Part shown: positions 1-9,643 of the stretch, piece after piece | Layout: each line of letters begins with the position of its first letter | Numbering within the stretch: the first letter of the stretch is position 1 | From: an uncultured Chloroflexia bacterium | GTDB lineage: Bacteria; Chloroflexota; Limnocylindria; Limnocylindrales; CSP1-4 | DNA length: 64,000 nt | Direction: 5' to 3' | Assembly (NCBI GenBank): GCA_963849495.1 | Contig: CAWKHN010000009.1 | Coordinates: forward strand, 207,305 to 271,304 | Notes under the pieces: model-generated | Told to the model about the DNA's origin: nothing | The model's input: the letters and a program-made list of their open reading frames with translations, nothing else | The model's database searches: none | Position numbers and translations under genes: made by a program

Positions 1-334
1 CCCGCACGGTGCGGCTCGAGTACCTCGTACCCGCCTCACCCGGCGCCCAGCTCACGGGCGCCGCGTGGGAGGACCGCGTCGACGGCCGGGCCGGCTGGGC
101 ATGGCGTCTCACCGACGGCGACGATCGGGAGCTGGCGCGAGGTCGGGTCGTCGCCGGCGCATAGGACCTTTGGGCCATGACCAGGAGCCCCGCGACCGGT
201 GCCGGTGCACACCGCGCTCGCAGGCCGACGCCCCGATGGGACCATCGCGCCATGGAACCTGGCCGCCCGGGACGTAGCCTCGACACAGGTACAGTTTCCG
301 GACGGTGCGCCACCATGAAGACGCGTGAGATGCC

Positions 335-1873
335 TTGGACCAGATGATCCCTGCCGCGGCAGCGGCGCTCGCGATCGCGTTGATCGGTGCGCTTGCCGGG
401 ACCGCCGGCTACGCCGCCCTGGTGGGTCGACGCCAGAACAGCCGCCTCGCCTCACTGGCCGAGCGGCTCACCCGCGCCGCGGACGAAGGGGAGCTGGTCG
501 CTCTCGACGCCGGTCGCATCGCCGACCCGAGGCTTCGGGCGGCCATCCGCCAGCTGGCCGACCGGGTCGCGGACACGTGGCGCCTGGCGACGATCGATCC
601 GCTGACGGGGATCGCGAACCGGCAGGCCGTGCTCTCCCGTGTCGAGGAAGAGCTCGCGCGGGCCGTTCGGTATGGCCGTCCGCTGTCTGTGATCCTGGTC
701 GATCTCGACCACTTCAAGCGTCTCAACGACTCCCACGGGCACGCGGCCGGCGACGCCATGCTGCGGCACATCGCGCAGCTGCTGGCCGGCAACGTCCGGT
801 CGGTGGACGTGGCCGGCCGCTATGGCGGCGAGGAGTTCCTGATCCTCCTCCCGGAGACCGACGTGGATGCCGCGGCGGCGCTGGCCGAGAAGCTGCGCCG
901 GGTGGTCGCGAATGCGCAGGTCCCCGTCGGCGATGGCGTGACGGTGTCGATCACGATGTCTGCGGGTGTGGCTGGTGGCATGGGCCAGGTGCTGCGTCTC
1001 GACGCCCTGGTACGTGACGCGGACGCGGCCCTGTACTCCGCGAAGGCGCTCGGGCGCAACCAGGTCTACGTGTTCCGGGAGACGGGTGACGAGGGAACGA
1101 TCCGTCGGGCGCCGATCACAGCGGACGCACGAGCGCGTGCTCTCGACGTCGGTCGGGCGGCGATGATGGCTGCGCAGGACGCGCTTCTGGCCACGCTGGC
1201 CGGGCGGCCCTCGTGGGGAGGCAGGCCATCAACCCTCATTGCCGAGGGCTCGGTGACCCTTGCCCGTGCCATCGACCTGCCGGAGGCCGAGCTCGACCGC
1301 ATCCGGACTGCGAGCCTGCTCCATGACCTCGGCAAGCTCGCGATTCCCGAGGAGATCCTGTCCAAGCCGGCCGACCTCGGTGCCTCGGAATGGAGGATCG
1401 TGGCCGAGCACCCGAAGATCGGACAGGTCGTTCTCGAGCAGGCCGGCGCCATGCGCGATGCGGCGACCATCGTGCTCCACCATCACGAGTGGTTCGACGG
1501 CCGCGGCTACCCGCTGGGGCTCGCCGGCGCCGACATCCCCATCGGTGCCCGGATCGTGTCCATCGTCGACGCATACGAGGCCATGATCGCCGGGCGGCCG
1601 TACCGTGACGCGATCAGCCACGAGGAGGCGATCGCGGAGCTGCGTCGCCAGGCCGGCGTCCAGTTCGACCCGGAGCTCGTCGAGATCTTCTGCGTGCTGT
1701 TCGCTGCAGGCGTCCCGTGGGAGCCGGAGCAGCCCCACGAGCACGAACAGGAGCCCGCGAGAGTGGCGGTCGCCGGCGCGGCGGGTCCGCGCCACACCCG
1801 GCACCATCGGGACAGCAGGACCCACGCCGAGATCCACGACCAGCTGCACGCGGAGCGACGGCGCGCGGTCTGA
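335..1873 (+). CDS. Bifunctional diguanylate cyclase (GGDEF) / HD-GYP phosphodiesterase
   Basis: 512 aa ORF. GGDEF active-site motif RYGGEEF plus a downstream HD domain (HDLGKLAIP) and the HHHEWFDGRGYP HD-GYP signature. N-terminal TM segment. Confidence 0.85.
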   Translation: MDQMIPAAAAALAIALIGALAGTAGYAALVGRRQNSRLASLAERLTRAADEGELVALDAGRIADPRLRAAIRQLADRVADTWRLATIDPLTGIANRQAVLSRVEEELARAVRYGRPLSVILVDLDHFKRLNDSHGHAAGDAMLRHIAQLLAGNVRSVDVAGRYGGEEFLILLPETDVDAAAALAEKLRRVVANAQVPVGDGVTVSITMSAGVAGGMGQVLRLDALVRDADAALYSAKALGRNQVYVFRETGDEGTIRRAPITADARARALDVGRAAMMAAQDALLATLAGRPSWGGRPSTLIAEGSVTLARAIDLPEAELDRIRTASLLHDLGKLAIPEEILSKPADLGASEWRIVAEHPKIGQVVLEQAGAMRDAATIVLHHHEWFDGRGYPLGLAGADIPIGARIVSIVDAYEAMIAGRPYRDAISHEEAIAELRRQAGVQFDPELVEIFCVLFAAGVPWEPEQPHEHEQEPARVAVAGAAGPRHTRHHRDSRTHAEIHDQLHAERRRAV

Positions 1874-2078
1874 CGAGCTCCGGCGAGACCCGCGAGCCCC
1901 CTCTCGCCTCCGGTACGCATGCCGTCAGGTTGCTGCAAGTCAGCGCGCGCACCGGAGCCACGCGCCACGGTCCCCCCGCGGCGCGTCGCTGTCATGACGA
2001 ACCGTCATCTGCAGCCCTGCCGGGGTCATCCCTGGGGTTTGGCGAGACGCGGGCTCCCGCGCGGCCGCATCCGACCGG

Positions 2079-2258
2079 TCACTGAACGAGCGGGATCGGG
2101 CCTCCGACCGTGAGCGCGAGGAGCAGCAGGATGCAGAGCACGCCGACCAGGAGACCCAGGGTCTCGAGCGCGTCCCGGCGGCTCACAGGGCGGGTCGCGG
2201 CGGTCCCGGCGAGGGCATCGGGCTCCGCACTCTGCTCTGGCGTTGTGACGGTCGTCAT
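2079..2258 (-). CDS. Small hypothetical membrane protein (59 aa, C-terminal TM)
   Basis: ATG at 2258 inside the 84-aa track ORF. C-terminal hydrophobic stretch LGLLVGVLCILLLLALTV. Lies downstream of the response regulator on the same strand. Weak SD. Confidence 0.3.
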   Translation of the reverse strand: MTTVTTPEQSAEPDALAGTAATRPVSRRDALETLGLLVGVLCILLLLALTVGGPIPLVQ

Positions 2259-2417
2259 GGACGGGCTCCGGTCGGGAGCGATGAGCCACCATCGGACGGC
2301 TGACGGCGGACGTGGTGGCAGGGCGCCGATCATCCGGTGTCATGGGGAGTCCGTCATGACGATCCGTCATCTCCGGTGCTCGTCCCTGGAGAGTCGCACC
2401 GGACGGCGCGGCGATCC

Positions 2418-3200
2418 TCAGTGGCGACGCCGCTCCACCTGGGGCGGCGTGTCGCCCCAGCCCGCGTTCGTGAACGTGGGGATGAACCGGTAGCCCTCTC
2501 CCGGGACGGTCGCGATGAAGCGCGGGTGGCGGTAGTCGTTCTGCAGCTTGATCCGCAGGCTCCGGATGTGCCGATCGACCATGTTGCTCTCGGTCACGAA
2601 GTCGGGCCCCCAGACCGCGTCGAGGATCTCGTCGCGCGTGACGACGCGGCCGGCACGGCTCGCGAGCAGGTACAGCAGGCTCTGCTCGATCCCGGTCAGG
2701 TGGATGTCCGAGGTGCCGGCGTGCACCTCGCGGCTGAGGATGTCGATCTCGATCTCGCCCAGCTTGATCACGGGCACGATCGGCCGGTCCATGCCCGTCG
2801 CCCGCCGGGTGATGACGATGGCCCGGGCGAGCAGTTCCTCGGGCGAGAAGGGCATCGTGAGGATGTCGTCCACGCCGAGGTCGAACGCCCGGAGCTTCGT
2901 CCTGAGGTCGCCGCGGCGAGTGAGCCCGAGAGCCGGCGTCACCCGTCGCGTCAGCCGGTTGGAGGCGCCCAGCATCTGAAGCAGGGCGGCGCTGGCATCG
3001 TGGTCCATGTCGATCACGGTGAGATGCGGCTGCCAGTCTGCCAGGAGCGACTCGGCGGCGGCGAGATCATCCGTGGCCCGGACGACGAACAGGCCGTGGT
3101 TCAGCGTCAGCTCGATGAGGTCGACGACGAGCTGGCGATCGTGAAGGATCAGAGCTCGGCGCGCCTCGACGCCAGGTGGGCCCGTCTTGGCGTCCGACAT
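2418..3200 (-). CDS. OmpR-family response regulator (receiver + winged-helix)
   Basis: 260 aa. N-terminal receiver-like domain. C-terminal winged-helix motif VTRDEILDAVWG...RHIRSLRIKL...GEGYRF typical of the OmpR/PhoB output domain. No cognate kinase adjacent. Confidence 0.85.
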   Translation of the reverse strand: MSDAKTGPPGVEARRALILHDRQLVVDLIELTLNHGLFVVRATDDLAAAESLLADWQPHLTVIDMDHDASAALLQMLGASNRLTRRVTPALGLTRRGDLRTKLRAFDLGVDDILTMPFSPEELLARAIVITRRATGMDRPIVPVIKLGEIEIDILSREVHAGTSDIHLTGIEQSLLYLLASRAGRVVTRDEILDAVWGPDFVTESNMVDRHIRSLRIKLQNDYRHPRFIATVPGEGYRFIPTFTNAGWGDTPPQVERRRH

Positions 3201-3326
3201 GCCGCGACCTCCGTGGGCTTGAAGTCAAAGCAAATTATCCCACGCATCACAAGGAAGACAAGTCGATCAAACTCGCCTCACGTGTGTCCGGCCACGGGAT
3301 CGGCGCCGGAGACTGCATCGGCGGCC

Positions 3327-3602
3327 TCACCGGCGCGGCAGCTGATCCTGCCTGATGGTGCGACCGTGTGGGTTTGCCGTGCTGGCCGGAACGCGGAGCC
3401 CGAACCGGATCGCGTGGCGAGGCCACTCGGGATCGTCCTGGGCCCAACGCTGTCTCTCGGTCCCGTCCGGCGCCATCCGGGTGATCGAGCCCGCGGCGTC
3501 GAGGACGAGCCGATCGCCGTCCGCCAAAACCAGCTCATGTGGCCTGAACACGCGGCGGCGGCCGCTCGGGGGCTCTGCGGGCTCGGAGTGCTGCTGTGGC
3601 AT
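3327..3602 (-). CDS. Hypothetical protein (91 aa)
   Basis: ATG at 3602 preceded by GGGAG about 8 nt upstream. Same strand and immediately upstream of the response regulator. No recognisable domain. Confidence 0.35.
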   Translation of the reverse strand: MPQQHSEPAEPPSGRRRVFRPHELVLADGDRLVLDAAGSITRMAPDGTERQRWAQDDPEWPRHAIRFGLRVPASTANPHGRTIRQDQLPRR

Positions 3603-3799
3603 CGTTGTGGCTCCCCTTCGACATGCCGCCCCTGGTCCATCGGGCCGACGTTTCCGCGTCCTGGATTCTCGCACGCGTGGGCACGCCCCCCGCGTTTCGT
3701 GGCAATGGGTCGTGGCGGGACGCTTGACGGCATCCGCGGTCTCCTGCCAACCTATCCGCAGAGAATGCGACGCATTCGCACTCAGTAGGATCTCAACCC

Positions 3800-4735
3800 T
3801 TGCTGCCGACCGATCTTCTGGCGCCCCACATCGGGATGGGGCTCGCGGGCCTGCTGCTCAGCGCATTCCTGCTCGGCGTGCTCCACGGCGTGACGCCGGA
3901 CGAGCACACCTGGCCGATCACCCTGAGCTACGCGATCGGTGCCGCGTCGGGGCGACGCGGAATGCAGGCTGGTCTCCTGTTCTCGGCGGCCTTCACGCTT
4001 CAGCGGGCGCTGGCCTCGGAGCTCGCGTACCTGGCTCTTGCGCCGATCCTCGGCGACCCGGCGGTCAATGCAGGGATCGACCTCCTCGTGGGGATCGTGA
4101 TGGCCGTCTCCGGCGCCTACATCCTGCGGCTCGGGCGTGAGCTGCACCTGACCGAGGGGCTGGAGCAATTCATGCATCGCCTGCTGCGGGTCTCCCCCGG
4201 CGACCACTCGGACGGCACCCTCTCCGTCGAGGGGAGACCGGTGCCGATCCGGATGACCCTCGTACACGGGTTTGTGGCCGGCTGGGGCACGGGAGCGTTC
4301 GCGATCATCATCTATACGGTCCTCGCCCCGGCCATGCCGAGTGCCGCGGTCGCCTTTCTGCCGGGTCTGTTGTTCGGCCTCGGCACGATGCTGGTCCAGG
4401 CGGCTGCCGGGGCCGCCATCGGCGCCTGGATGCGGGCGAGGGGCCTGGGCGCATCCGCCCTGACCTACGTGGGGCGCGCCGTGGCCGGGAACACGCTCCT
4501 GTACGGAGGGCTCCTGTTCTCGATCTGGGGCCTGTTCTCTCTCGTCTTCCCCGCGACCGCGGCTCTGCTGGACAGCGGTCTGCCGACCGGGGTCGGGATC
4601 CCGAACCTCGACAGCATCAACGCCGGCCTGATCCTGGTCGCGGTCATCGTCCTGGGCATCGCGGTCGGGAGCTTCGTGCGTGCCTTCCGCCGCGTGCAGC
4701 AGGGCGTTCCGGATGCGCCGGGTCGCTCCCTGTGA
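3800..4735 (+). CDS. Polytopic membrane protein, putative nickel/cobalt (NiCoT/NicO-like) metal transporter
   Basis: 311 aa with about 8 predicted TM helices. Two-fold internal repeat. HGVTPDEH motif in the first TM region resembles the H-x4-D-x-H metal-binding signature of NiCoT permeases. Overlaps the downstream Fur-family regulator by 4 nt (ATGA). The TTG at 3800 may not be the true start (alternative ATG at 3836). Confidence 0.55.
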   Translation: MLPTDLLAPHIGMGLAGLLLSAFLLGVLHGVTPDEHTWPITLSYAIGAASGRRGMQAGLLFSAAFTLQRALASELAYLALAPILGDPAVNAGIDLLVGIVMAVSGAYILRLGRELHLTEGLEQFMHRLLRVSPGDHSDGTLSVEGRPVPIRMTLVHGFVAGWGTGAFAIIIYTVLAPAMPSAAVAFLPGLLFGLGTMLVQAAAGAAIGAWMRARGLGASALTYVGRAVAGNTLLYGGLLFSIWGLFSLVFPATAALLDSGLPTGVGIPNLDSINAGLILVAVIVLGIAVGSFVRAFRRVQQGVPDAPGRSL

Positions 4736-5241
4736 CGGACATCACGCGGGTCCGGGAGGTGCCCGGGGAGGATCGCCGGGCGGTCGATGAGACGTCTCGC
4801 GTGCTCGCGCAGCTGGGTGGGACGGCCACAGCCGCCAGGCGCGCGATCGTCCGCTCGCTGCTCGAGGCCGATCGGCTGCAGAGCCCGGAGACGCTGCTCC
4901 ACGCGGCGCGGACCTACGCCCCGCGGACGAGTCTCGCCACGGTCTACCGGACGCTGGACCGGCTCGATTCCATCGGCGCCATGAAGCGGGCGACCCTGGC
5001 CTCCGGCGAGGTCGCGTATGCCTACTGCGCGAGCGGCCACCATGAGCATGCCATCTGCATCCGATGCGGTCGGCTGCACCCGATCCGGGCCTGCCTGATC
5101 AGCGAGGAGCCGTTGGTCGACGGCTTCGCCGTGTCCTCCCACCGGCTCGACTTCTACGGTGTCTGCGCCGAGTGCGCGGCACGCGACGGGACGGGTCGTG
5201 CCGCTCCGGGCCTGCCCGGTGGCCCCCGAGAGGATCGATAG
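4732..5241 (+). CDS. Fur-family metalloregulator (Nur/Zur-like)
   Basis: 169 aa. Winged-helix N-terminal (ATVYRTLDRLDSIG). HHEH metal site. CxxC...CxxC (CIRCGRL...CAEC) structural zinc site. Translationally coupled to the upstream transporter. Confidence 0.85.
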   Translation: MTDITRVREVPGEDRRAVDETSRVLAQLGGTATAARRAIVRSLLEADRLQSPETLLHAARTYAPRTSLATVYRTLDRLDSIGAMKRATLASGEVAYAYCASGHHEHAICIRCGRLHPIRACLISEEPLVDGFAVSSHRLDFYGVCAECAARDGTGRAAPGLPGGPREDR

Positions 5242-5425
5242 CTCGCGGATCCCCGTCCGCCGGGCAAGAGCCGTCTCGAGAGGCTGTCGACGCGGTAGCG
5301 GCCCAGCTCACAACGACGGCGGGCGACGATTGATCGGACACCCCCTTGACACTCCGGCGACCGGTCGCTATTCTGCGACCAGTCCAGCTATCTGGAATGG
5401 TTGCATGAGTGAGAGGAGTAGAGCG

Positions 5426-6022
5426 ATGACCGAGGCAGGCCCGACGTCCGCCGCGCTGATCCTCCATCCCGTGCGAATGCGGATCATCCTTGCCTTCGGG
5501 CGGGGGATCCCGCTCACCACCCAGGCGCTGGCCGACCTGCTCCCCGACGTGGCGCGGGCGACGCTCTACCGGCACCTCTCGATCCTCGTCGATGGCGGGA
5601 TCATCGAGGTCGTGGGCGAGCAGCGCGTGCGCGGCGCCGTGGAGCGCACCTACACCCTGCGGCATGGGTCCGCGTCCCTGCTGAAGGAGGACCTCGAGGC
5701 TGCCAGCCGCGAGGATCATCTCCGCTTCTTCGCGTCGTTCGCCGCCTCGTTGATCGACGAATACGCACGTTACCTGCGCCGCCCCCGGATCGACCTGGTC
5801 GCCGACGGGGTCATGTACCGCGAGGCAACCGTGTACCTGTCGGACGAGGAGGCAGCCGACGTCGCCCGAGAGATGTGGGCAGCCGTCAGCCGGCATGTGG
5901 GCACCGAGCCCATTGCCGGGCGATCTGCCCGCACGTTCGCTGTGGCGAGCATTCCCGGTCCCGATCCGGCGCAGGCAGCGCCGTCGACGGAGACCACATA
6001 CCCCAACGGAGGCACCTCGTGA
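5426..6022 (+). CDS. ArsR-like winged-helix transcriptional regulator
   Basis: ATG at 5426 with GAGAGGAG SD 7 nt upstream. HTH region ALADLLPDVARATLYRHLSILVDGGIIE typical of ArsR/SmtB-type wHTH. About 198 aa. Confidence 0.6.
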   Translation: MTEAGPTSAALILHPVRMRIILAFGRGIPLTTQALADLLPDVARATLYRHLSILVDGGIIEVVGEQRVRGAVERTYTLRHGSASLLKEDLEAASREDHLRFFASFAASLIDEYARYLRRPRIDLVADGVMYREATVYLSDEEAADVAREMWAAVSRHVGTEPIAGRSARTFAVASIPGPDPAQAAPSTETTYPNGGTS

Positions 6023-6219
6023 ACACCACCCAGCTCCTGCTGCTCCTGCTCCCCCTCGTCATCGTCCAGCTCGCGCTCATGGCGGTCGCCCTGCGCGACC
6101 TGCTCGCGCCCGACCGCGTGGTCCGCGGTGGGAGCAAGCCCGTGTGGGCGGCCATCATCGTGCTCGGTGAGCTGGTCGGCCCCGTGGCCTACCTCCTCGC
6201 CGGCCGCCGCGACGCCTGA
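6019..6219 (+). CDS. Small membrane protein with PLD-nuclease N-terminal-like (PLDc_N) domain
   Basis: GTG 6019 overlaps the upstream stop (GTGA). GGAGG SD at 6008. 66 aa. LLLLLPLVIVQLALMAVALRDL...KPVWAAIIVLGELVGPVAYLL resembles the short cardiolipin-synthase N-terminal domain family. Confidence 0.55.
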   Translation: MNTTQLLLLLLPLVIVQLALMAVALRDLLAPDRVVRGGSKPVWAAIIVLGELVGPVAYLLAGRRDA

Positions 6220-6228
6220 GCCGGCCCG

Positions 6229-7245
6229 ATGAGCGTCCCGCGCTCCGTCGTCAGCGGAGCACCCCTCCACGACACATCAACCCCCGGTGCAGCTGCGATC
6301 GTCGCCCGGGGCCTCACCAAGCGATACGGCAAGGTGGTCGCCGTCGATCACCTCGACCTCGACGTTCCTCGCGGCAGCGTGTTCGGGTTCCTGGGTCCGA
6401 ACGGCGCCGGCAAGACCACCACCCTGCGCCTGTTGAGCGGTCTGGGCCGGCCGACCTCCGGTTCCGCCACGGTTGCCGGCATCCCGGTCGGCCGCGACGC
6501 CGTCGCGCTGGGCACCCGGATCGGCTACCTGGACCAGGCGCCCCGGCTGTTCGGCTGGATGCGCGGCCGCGAGCTGCTCGAGTTCGCCGGCCGGCTCTAC
6601 GGGCTCGACGGCCGCACGCTCCATGCGCGGGTCGGCGAGCTGCTCGACCTGGTCGGCCTGGCCGCCGCGGCCGAGCGGCCGATCGCCGGCTACTCCGGAG
6701 GGATGCGCCAGCGGATCGGGATCGCACAGGCGATCATCCACCGCCCGGCGGTGCTGTTCCTCGACGAGCCGGTCTCCGCGCTCGACCCCGAGGGCCGGCA
6801 CGACGTGCTCGCGATGCTCGAGCGCCTCCGCCCGGAGACGACGGTCTTCATGTCGACCCACATCCTCGCCGACGTCGAGCGGATCTGTGATCGCGTCGCC
6901 ATCGTAGGCAGTGGGCGGCTCGTCGCCGAGGCGCCGATACCCGAGCTCCTCGAACGGCATGCCGCTCCCGCCTGGGAGCTCGAGGCCGAGCCGGGCCAGG
7001 AGGTTGCGCTGCGGCGCCTCGCGGACCGTCTGCGCTCCCGAGCGTGGGTCCGCGATGTCGTGGTCGACGCCGCCGTCGCCCGGATCACGGTCCGCGACGA
7101 AGACGCGGCGTTCGGCGAGCTGCTGTCGGCGGTTGCGGGTACCGGCGTCCACCTGGTGCGCCTCGAGCGCGTCCGGCCGTCGCTCGAGGATGTCTTCATC
7201 CGGCTGGTGGGTCAGGCCCACGTCGAAGTTGAGGAGGCGGCGTGA
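6229..7245 (+). CDS. ABC transporter ATP-binding protein
   Basis: Walker A GPNGAGKTT, signature LSGGMRQR, Walker B LFLDEP. 338 aa. Confidence 0.9.
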   Translation: MSVPRSVVSGAPLHDTSTPGAAAIVARGLTKRYGKVVAVDHLDLDVPRGSVFGFLGPNGAGKTTTLRLLSGLGRPTSGSATVAGIPVGRDAVALGTRIGYLDQAPRLFGWMRGRELLEFAGRLYGLDGRTLHARVGELLDLVGLAAAAERPIAGYSGGMRQRIGIAQAIIHRPAVLFLDEPVSALDPEGRHDVLAMLERLRPETTVFMSTHILADVERICDRVAIVGSGRLVAEAPIPELLERHAAPAWELEAEPGQEVALRRLADRLRSRAWVRDVVVDAAVARITVRDEDAAFGELLSAVAGTGVHLVRLERVRPSLEDVFIRLVGQAHVEVEEAA

Positions 7246-8018
7246 TGCGCACGTTCGGGATCCTGTTCCGCAAGGAGGTCGCCGAGGCGTGGCGGACGAA
7301 GCGGGCTCCCGTGATCCTGGGGCTGTTCGCCCTGATGGGCATGCTCGCTCCGCTGCTCGCGCGCTTCACGCCCGACATCGTGGCCGCGTCGGCCGGGGCC
7401 CACCTGGCGGCGGCGATGCCGACGCCCACTGCCGCCGATGCGGTCGACCAGTTCCTCAAGACCACCGGCCAGTTCGGTGCCTTCGTGGCGATCCTCATGG
7501 CCATGGGCTCTGTGGCCGGCGATCGGGAGCGGGGTACCGCGGCTCTCGTCCTCACCAAGTCGGTCGGGCGCGGCACCTTCCTGGCGGCGAAGCTCGTCGC
7601 GCTGGCGGCGACGCTCGGGATCGCGGTTGCCCTGGCGGGGGTTGCGACTGCGGTCTACACCGCGGTGCTGTTCACACCCCTGCCGGTGCCGGGGTTCGCG
7701 GCGGCCGTCACGCTCGTCTGGCTCGGCCTCCTGGTGCCGACCGCGATCACGTTCCTCGGCTCGGTGCTCGGGCGCTCGCCCGCGGTCGCCGCGGCTCTTG
7801 GCTTCGCCTGGGTTGTGGCCGGCGGCATCGCGGCAGCGCTGCCCGGGATCGGTCCCGTCATGCCCGCTGCGCTCGGCGGCCAGGCTCGTGCGCTGGCCCT
7901 GGGGGCCGCCGGGGGATCGGCCGCGGGATCGCCCGGCACGGCGATCCTCCTGAGCATCCTCATCCTCTGTGCCTCAGTGGCGATCGCCTGGCGCGTCTTC
8001 GCTCGACAGGAGCTGTGA
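7242..8018 (+). CDS. ABC-2 type transporter permease
   Basis: 258 aa. 6 TM helices. ATGA overlap with the upstream ATPase. Confidence 0.8.
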   Translation: MMRTFGILFRKEVAEAWRTKRAPVILGLFALMGMLAPLLARFTPDIVAASAGAHLAAAMPTPTAADAVDQFLKTTGQFGAFVAILMAMGSVAGDRERGTAALVLTKSVGRGTFLAAKLVALAATLGIAVALAGVATAVYTAVLFTPLPVPGFAAAVTLVWLGLLVPTAITFLGSVLGRSPAVAAALGFAWVVAGGIAAALPGIGPVMPAALGGQARALALGAAGGSAAGSPGTAILLSILILCASVAIAWRVFARQEL

Positions 8019-8022
8019 TCCC

Positions 8023-8997
8023 ATGAGCACCCACACCGCTGCCACGACCAGCTCCGCCGTGCCCCAGCCGGGTCCGCGGCAGGAGCTCGATGTCACCGTC
8101 GGCACCCCTCCGTGGGAGCTGCCGGGGTCCCTCAGCCTGCCCGCCGCCGATCACCCTGTCCCGGGCGTCGTCATCGTCCACGGCTCCGGTCCGCACGACC
8201 GCGACGGCACCATCGGGCCCAACAAGCCCTACCTCGACCTCGCCGAGGGCCTGGTGGCCGCGGGGATCGCGGTCCTCCGCTACGACAAGCGAACTCTCGT
8301 CCACCGGGCGGAGCTCGCTTCGCTCGGCACGGAGTTCACGGTGGACGACGAGGTGATCGACGACGCCGCGGCGGCCGTCGAGCTCCTCCGCCGGACGCCG
8401 GGCGTCGACCCGGACGCGGTGTTCGTGCTCGGCCACAGCCTCGGCGGCTACCTCGGGCCGCGGATCGTCGCCCGCGCCTCGGGAGCCCGGGGGCTCATCG
8501 TCCTCGCCGGGAACTCCCGCGGGCTCGCCGACGTGATGCTCGAGCAGACCGAGGCCATCGCCTCCCTCGGTGCCGCGCCGACTCCCGAAGTCGCGGCGGC
8601 GATCGAGTCACTCCGCCGGCAGGTCGCGCTCGCCACCTCGCCGGCGCTCACGGCGGAGACGCCGGCCGCCGACCTGCCGTTCGGGGTCCCGGCCGCCTAC
8701 TGGCTCGACCTTCGGGCGTACGACCCGGTGGCGACCGCCGCCGGCCTTGACGGGCCCATCCTGATCCTGCAGGGCGGGCGGGACTACCAGGTCACCGCGG
8801 CGGACTTCGAGGGCTGGCGCGCCGGCCTCGGATCCGGCGCCGAGGCGACGTTCCGGTGGTTCCCCGAGATGAGCCACCTGTTCATCGCGGGCGAGGGGCC
8901 GGCCGGCCCCGGGGACTACGCCGTTCCCGGGCACATGGCAGCCGTCGTGGTCGACACCATCGCCGCCTGGATCGGCAGCATCACCCGACAGGCCTGA
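8023..8997 (+). CDS. Alpha/beta hydrolase (dienelactone hydrolase / esterase-like)
   Basis: GHSLGG nucleophile elbow. ATG at 8023 in frame within the track ORF 7969..8997. Confidence 0.8.
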   Translation: MSTHTAATTSSAVPQPGPRQELDVTVGTPPWELPGSLSLPAADHPVPGVVIVHGSGPHDRDGTIGPNKPYLDLAEGLVAAGIAVLRYDKRTLVHRAELASLGTEFTVDDEVIDDAAAAVELLRRTPGVDPDAVFVLGHSLGGYLGPRIVARASGARGLIVLAGNSRGLADVMLEQTEAIASLGAAPTPEVAAAIESLRRQVALATSPALTAETPAADLPFGVPAAYWLDLRAYDPVATAAGLDGPILILQGGRDYQVTAADFEGWRAGLGSGAEATFRWFPEMSHLFIAGEGPAGPGDYAVPGHMAAVVVDTIAAWIGSITRQA

Positions 8998-9053
8998 CCT
9001 CCCGCAGCTCCTGCGGAGGTCGCGCGTCCCCAGAACCCCACGGAGAAGCCAGC

Positions 9054-9548
9054 ATGGAAGGGATCCTCCTCGTTGCCGCCGCGGTCGTCCTGGCAGCCCT
9101 GGCCCTGCGACTCGCCGGCGCCGACCGGGCCGCCGTTCTCGTATTCCGGCCCGGGGCCGCGGCCATGGCGCACCGCCTGCTCCGCGCACTGCTCGGCTCC
9201 TCGCTGCTGATCGCGATGGCGCTGGTCGCCATCCTCGCCGCGCTCGACCCGTCCGACCTCGCGGTCCGCCTCGTGCACGGTGTCACGGTGCTGGGTTTCT
9301 GGATGCTGGCGACCCTGTTCGGGGGCGCTCTCGCCCTCGGGCCACGGCCCCCGCGCGCCTCCGTCGTCGCCGGCTTCCTGATCGCTGCCGCGGCAGCGTT
9401 GGACGTGACCTCGATCGACCGGTTCACGCTCGCGTTCACGACTCTCGGCGCTGCCGGGGCCGTGCCCGCCGCCCTCGTGCTCCCTGCGGCGGGCGTCGTC
9501 GCGACACGACGCCTCCTGCGGGTTACGGCCCGGGCGCGACCCGCCTGA
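9054..9548 (+). CDS. Hypothetical membrane protein (164 aa, 4-5 TM)
   Basis: ATG 9054 with GGAGAAG SD. Highly hydrophobic Ala/Leu-rich protein. Confidence 0.45.
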   Translation: MEGILLVAAAVVLAALALRLAGADRAAVLVFRPGAAAMAHRLLRALLGSSLLIAMALVAILAALDPSDLAVRLVHGVTVLGFWMLATLFGGALALGPRPPRASVVAGFLIAAAAALDVTSIDRFTLAFTTLGAAGAVPAALVLPAAGVVATRRLLRVTARARPA

Positions 9549-9643
9549 TCAGCCCGGCACCGTGTCGTGGCAGGCCCTGACCCGGCAGGGAGCGTTGATC
9601 GGTGGCGGCGAACAGCCGGCCGCAGCCACGACGCACGGTGCCC

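Noticed and set aside
2337-3788. 483-aa + strand ORF
   Set aside because: Antisense to the response regulator and the upstream small gene. Arg/Pro/Gly-rich low-complexity translation typical of a high-GC antisense frame.
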